Assembly (NCBI GenBank): GCA_039933775.1
Contig: JBDTNK010000002.1
Location: 6,147 to 70,146, forward strand
Direction of reading: 5' to 3'
Length of the DNA: 64,000 nucleotides
DNA from: Chloroflexota bacterium
Lineage (GTDB): Bacteria > Chloroflexota > Limnocylindria > QHBO01
Shown: piece after piece, positions 62,936 to 64,000 of the stretch
Layout of the letters: each line of letters opens with the position of its first letter
How positions within the stretch are numbered: position 1 is the first letter of the stretch
The notes under the pieces: model-generated
Database searches by the model: none
What the model was told of the DNA's origin: nothing
What the model saw: only the letters and a program-made list of their open reading frames with translations
Program-made: the position numbers and the translations under genes

Positions 62936-64000
62936 TGTTCGCGGTCATCATGGCCGGTGGTTCGGGAACGCGGCTCTGGCCGCTGTCGCGGCGCGGGACC
63001 CCCAAGCAGCTGTTGCCGCTCACCGGCGATTCGTCCCTGTTGCAGCAGACGGTCCGTCGCACCTCCGCCCTGCTGAAGCCCGAGGACATCTACGTCATCA
63101 CCGCCGCGGCGCATGTGCGCGCGACGCGCGCGCAGCTGCCACAGCTGCCCGAGGACAACGTGCTGGGGGAGCCGCTGGCGCGCTCGACCGCCGTCGCCGC
63201 CGGCCTCGCCACGGTGCTCGCGCGACGCGAAGAGGACGAGGTCGCCATCGTCTTGCCTGCCGACCACTTCGTCGCCGATCCGGATGCCTTCAGCGACGGC
63301 CTGCGCGAGGCGGCACGTGCGGCTGAACGCGGCTACCTGGTGACGCTTGGCGTCGTCCCGCAGCAGGCGGCGACCGGCTACGGCTACATCAAGGTCGGCG
63401 CGCCGTTCCACGAGGCGAGCAGCACCGCGCCCGTCGAGCGCTTCGTGGAGAAGCCCGATGCCGCGACGGCGCAGGCCTACCTCGACGAGGGCGGCTACCT
63501 GTGGAATGCGGGCATCTTTGTGTGGCGCGTGTACTCATTCCGCCAGGCGGTGCAGCGCTACCAGCCACTGTTGGACGAGGCGCTGACCGCGATCGCAGCG
63601 ATGCATCGCATTCCCGGCTGGATGAGCGACGTTCGCGACATCCTGGAGCCGATCCCGGCCATCACCATCGACGTCGGCATCGCCGAGCCTGCAGCGGCGG
63701 AGGGGCGCATGGCGGTCGTGCCGCTCGACGCGGGCTGGAGCGACATCGGCTCATGGTCATCGCTGCTCGAGGCGCTCTCCGCGCGCGAAGGAAAGTCGCT
63801 CGTGGCCAGCGGCGAGCACCTGGATCGTGACTCGCATCGCGTGCTGGTTCACGGCGGTGATCGGCTGATCGTCACCGTCGGGCTGCAGGACGTGATCATC
63901 GTCGACACCCCCGATGCGCTCCTGGTCTGTGCCCGGGACCGGGCGGAGGAGATCAAGCCGGTGCTCGACCAGATCGCCCGGGCCACCGGCGACCGCTATC
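62935..64000 (+). CDS. manC: Mannose-1-phosphate guanylyltransferase (3' end beyond the window)
   Basis: The ATG shares one base with the proC stop (TGATG). The sequence is MFAVIMAGGSGTRLWPLSRRGTPKQLLPL...GYGYIKVG...FVEKPD...YLWNAGIFVW...DAGWSDIGSW. The frame is open to the window end and therefore absent from the ORF track. Confidence 0.85.
   Translation, partial: MFAVIMAGGSGTRLWPLSRRGTPKQLLPLTGDSSLLQQTVRRTSALLKPEDIYVITAAAHVRATRAQLPQLPEDNVLGEPLARSTAVAAGLATVLARREEDEVAIVLPADHFVADPDAFSDGLREAARAAERGYLVTLGVVPQQAATGYGYIKVGAPFHEASSTAPVERFVEKPDAATAQAYLDEGGYLWNAGIFVWRVYSFRQAVQRYQPLLDEALTAIAAMHRIPGWMSDVRDILEPIPAITIDVGIAEPAAAEGRMAVVPLDAGWSDIGSWSSLLEALSAREGKSLVASGEHLDRDSHRVLVHGGDRLIVTVGLQDVIIVDTPDALLVCARDRAEEIKPVLDQIARATGDRY

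Overview
This is a densely coding, high-GC bacterial chromosomal segment. I estimate about 70% GC by eye; hand counts of single 60-nt lines give about 75% in mfd and about 58-68% in the vapBC cassette. I recognised no rRNA, tRNA, CRISPR array, transposase or integrase.

The backbone is housekeeping:
- carA-carB
- a ROK kinase-gap-pgk-eno cluster
- a Bacillus-like block, rpsT / lepA-hemW-hrcA-grpE-dnaK ... dnaJ-prmA-rsmE-HIT-rpsU-yqeY-pgpH-ybeY
- pth-mfd, acnA, apt, ahcY ... metK, proC and a 3'-truncated manC

The hrcA-grpE-dnaK order with CIRCE, combined with high GC, suggests a Terrabacteria lineage, possibly Chloroflexota-like. That placement is a weak inference.

Accessory or unusual content:
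- a RES/Xre toxin-antitoxin pair directly upstream of carAB
- a 1063-aa lamin-tail-domain surface protein with an internally duplicated two-module unit
- a GT-C-like membrane protein, a decayed GT2 fragment and a flippase-like gene, which look like an eroded lipid-linked glycosylation module
- a ~4 kb block (mscL with a zinc ribbon, a small HhH protein, xthA, VOC, a small membrane ORF, ycaQ) that separates dnaK from dnaJ; dnaJ carries its own CIRCE-like operator
- a lower-GC four-gene translationally coupled cassette phd-vapC-(PD-ExK fragment)-GNAT after mfd
- an sdpR-sdpI pair in which sdpI is interrupted by one in-frame TAG

Regulatory signals read directly from the sequence:
- two CIRCE elements
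- a PyrR-binding-like hairpin over the carA Shine-Dalgarno sequence
- several GC-rich terminator hairpins
- a recurrent TANNNT hexamer 6-10 nt upstream of many start codons, implying leaderless mRNAs
- a ~390 bp non-coding stretch upstream of hemW with repeats and nested helices

I cannot confidently name a novel system. The best candidates for follow-up are the vapBC-PD-ExK-GNAT cassette, the hemW-upstream structured region, the decayed glycosylation module and the LTD surface protein. All function calls rest on motif recognition by eye; no database search was possible.
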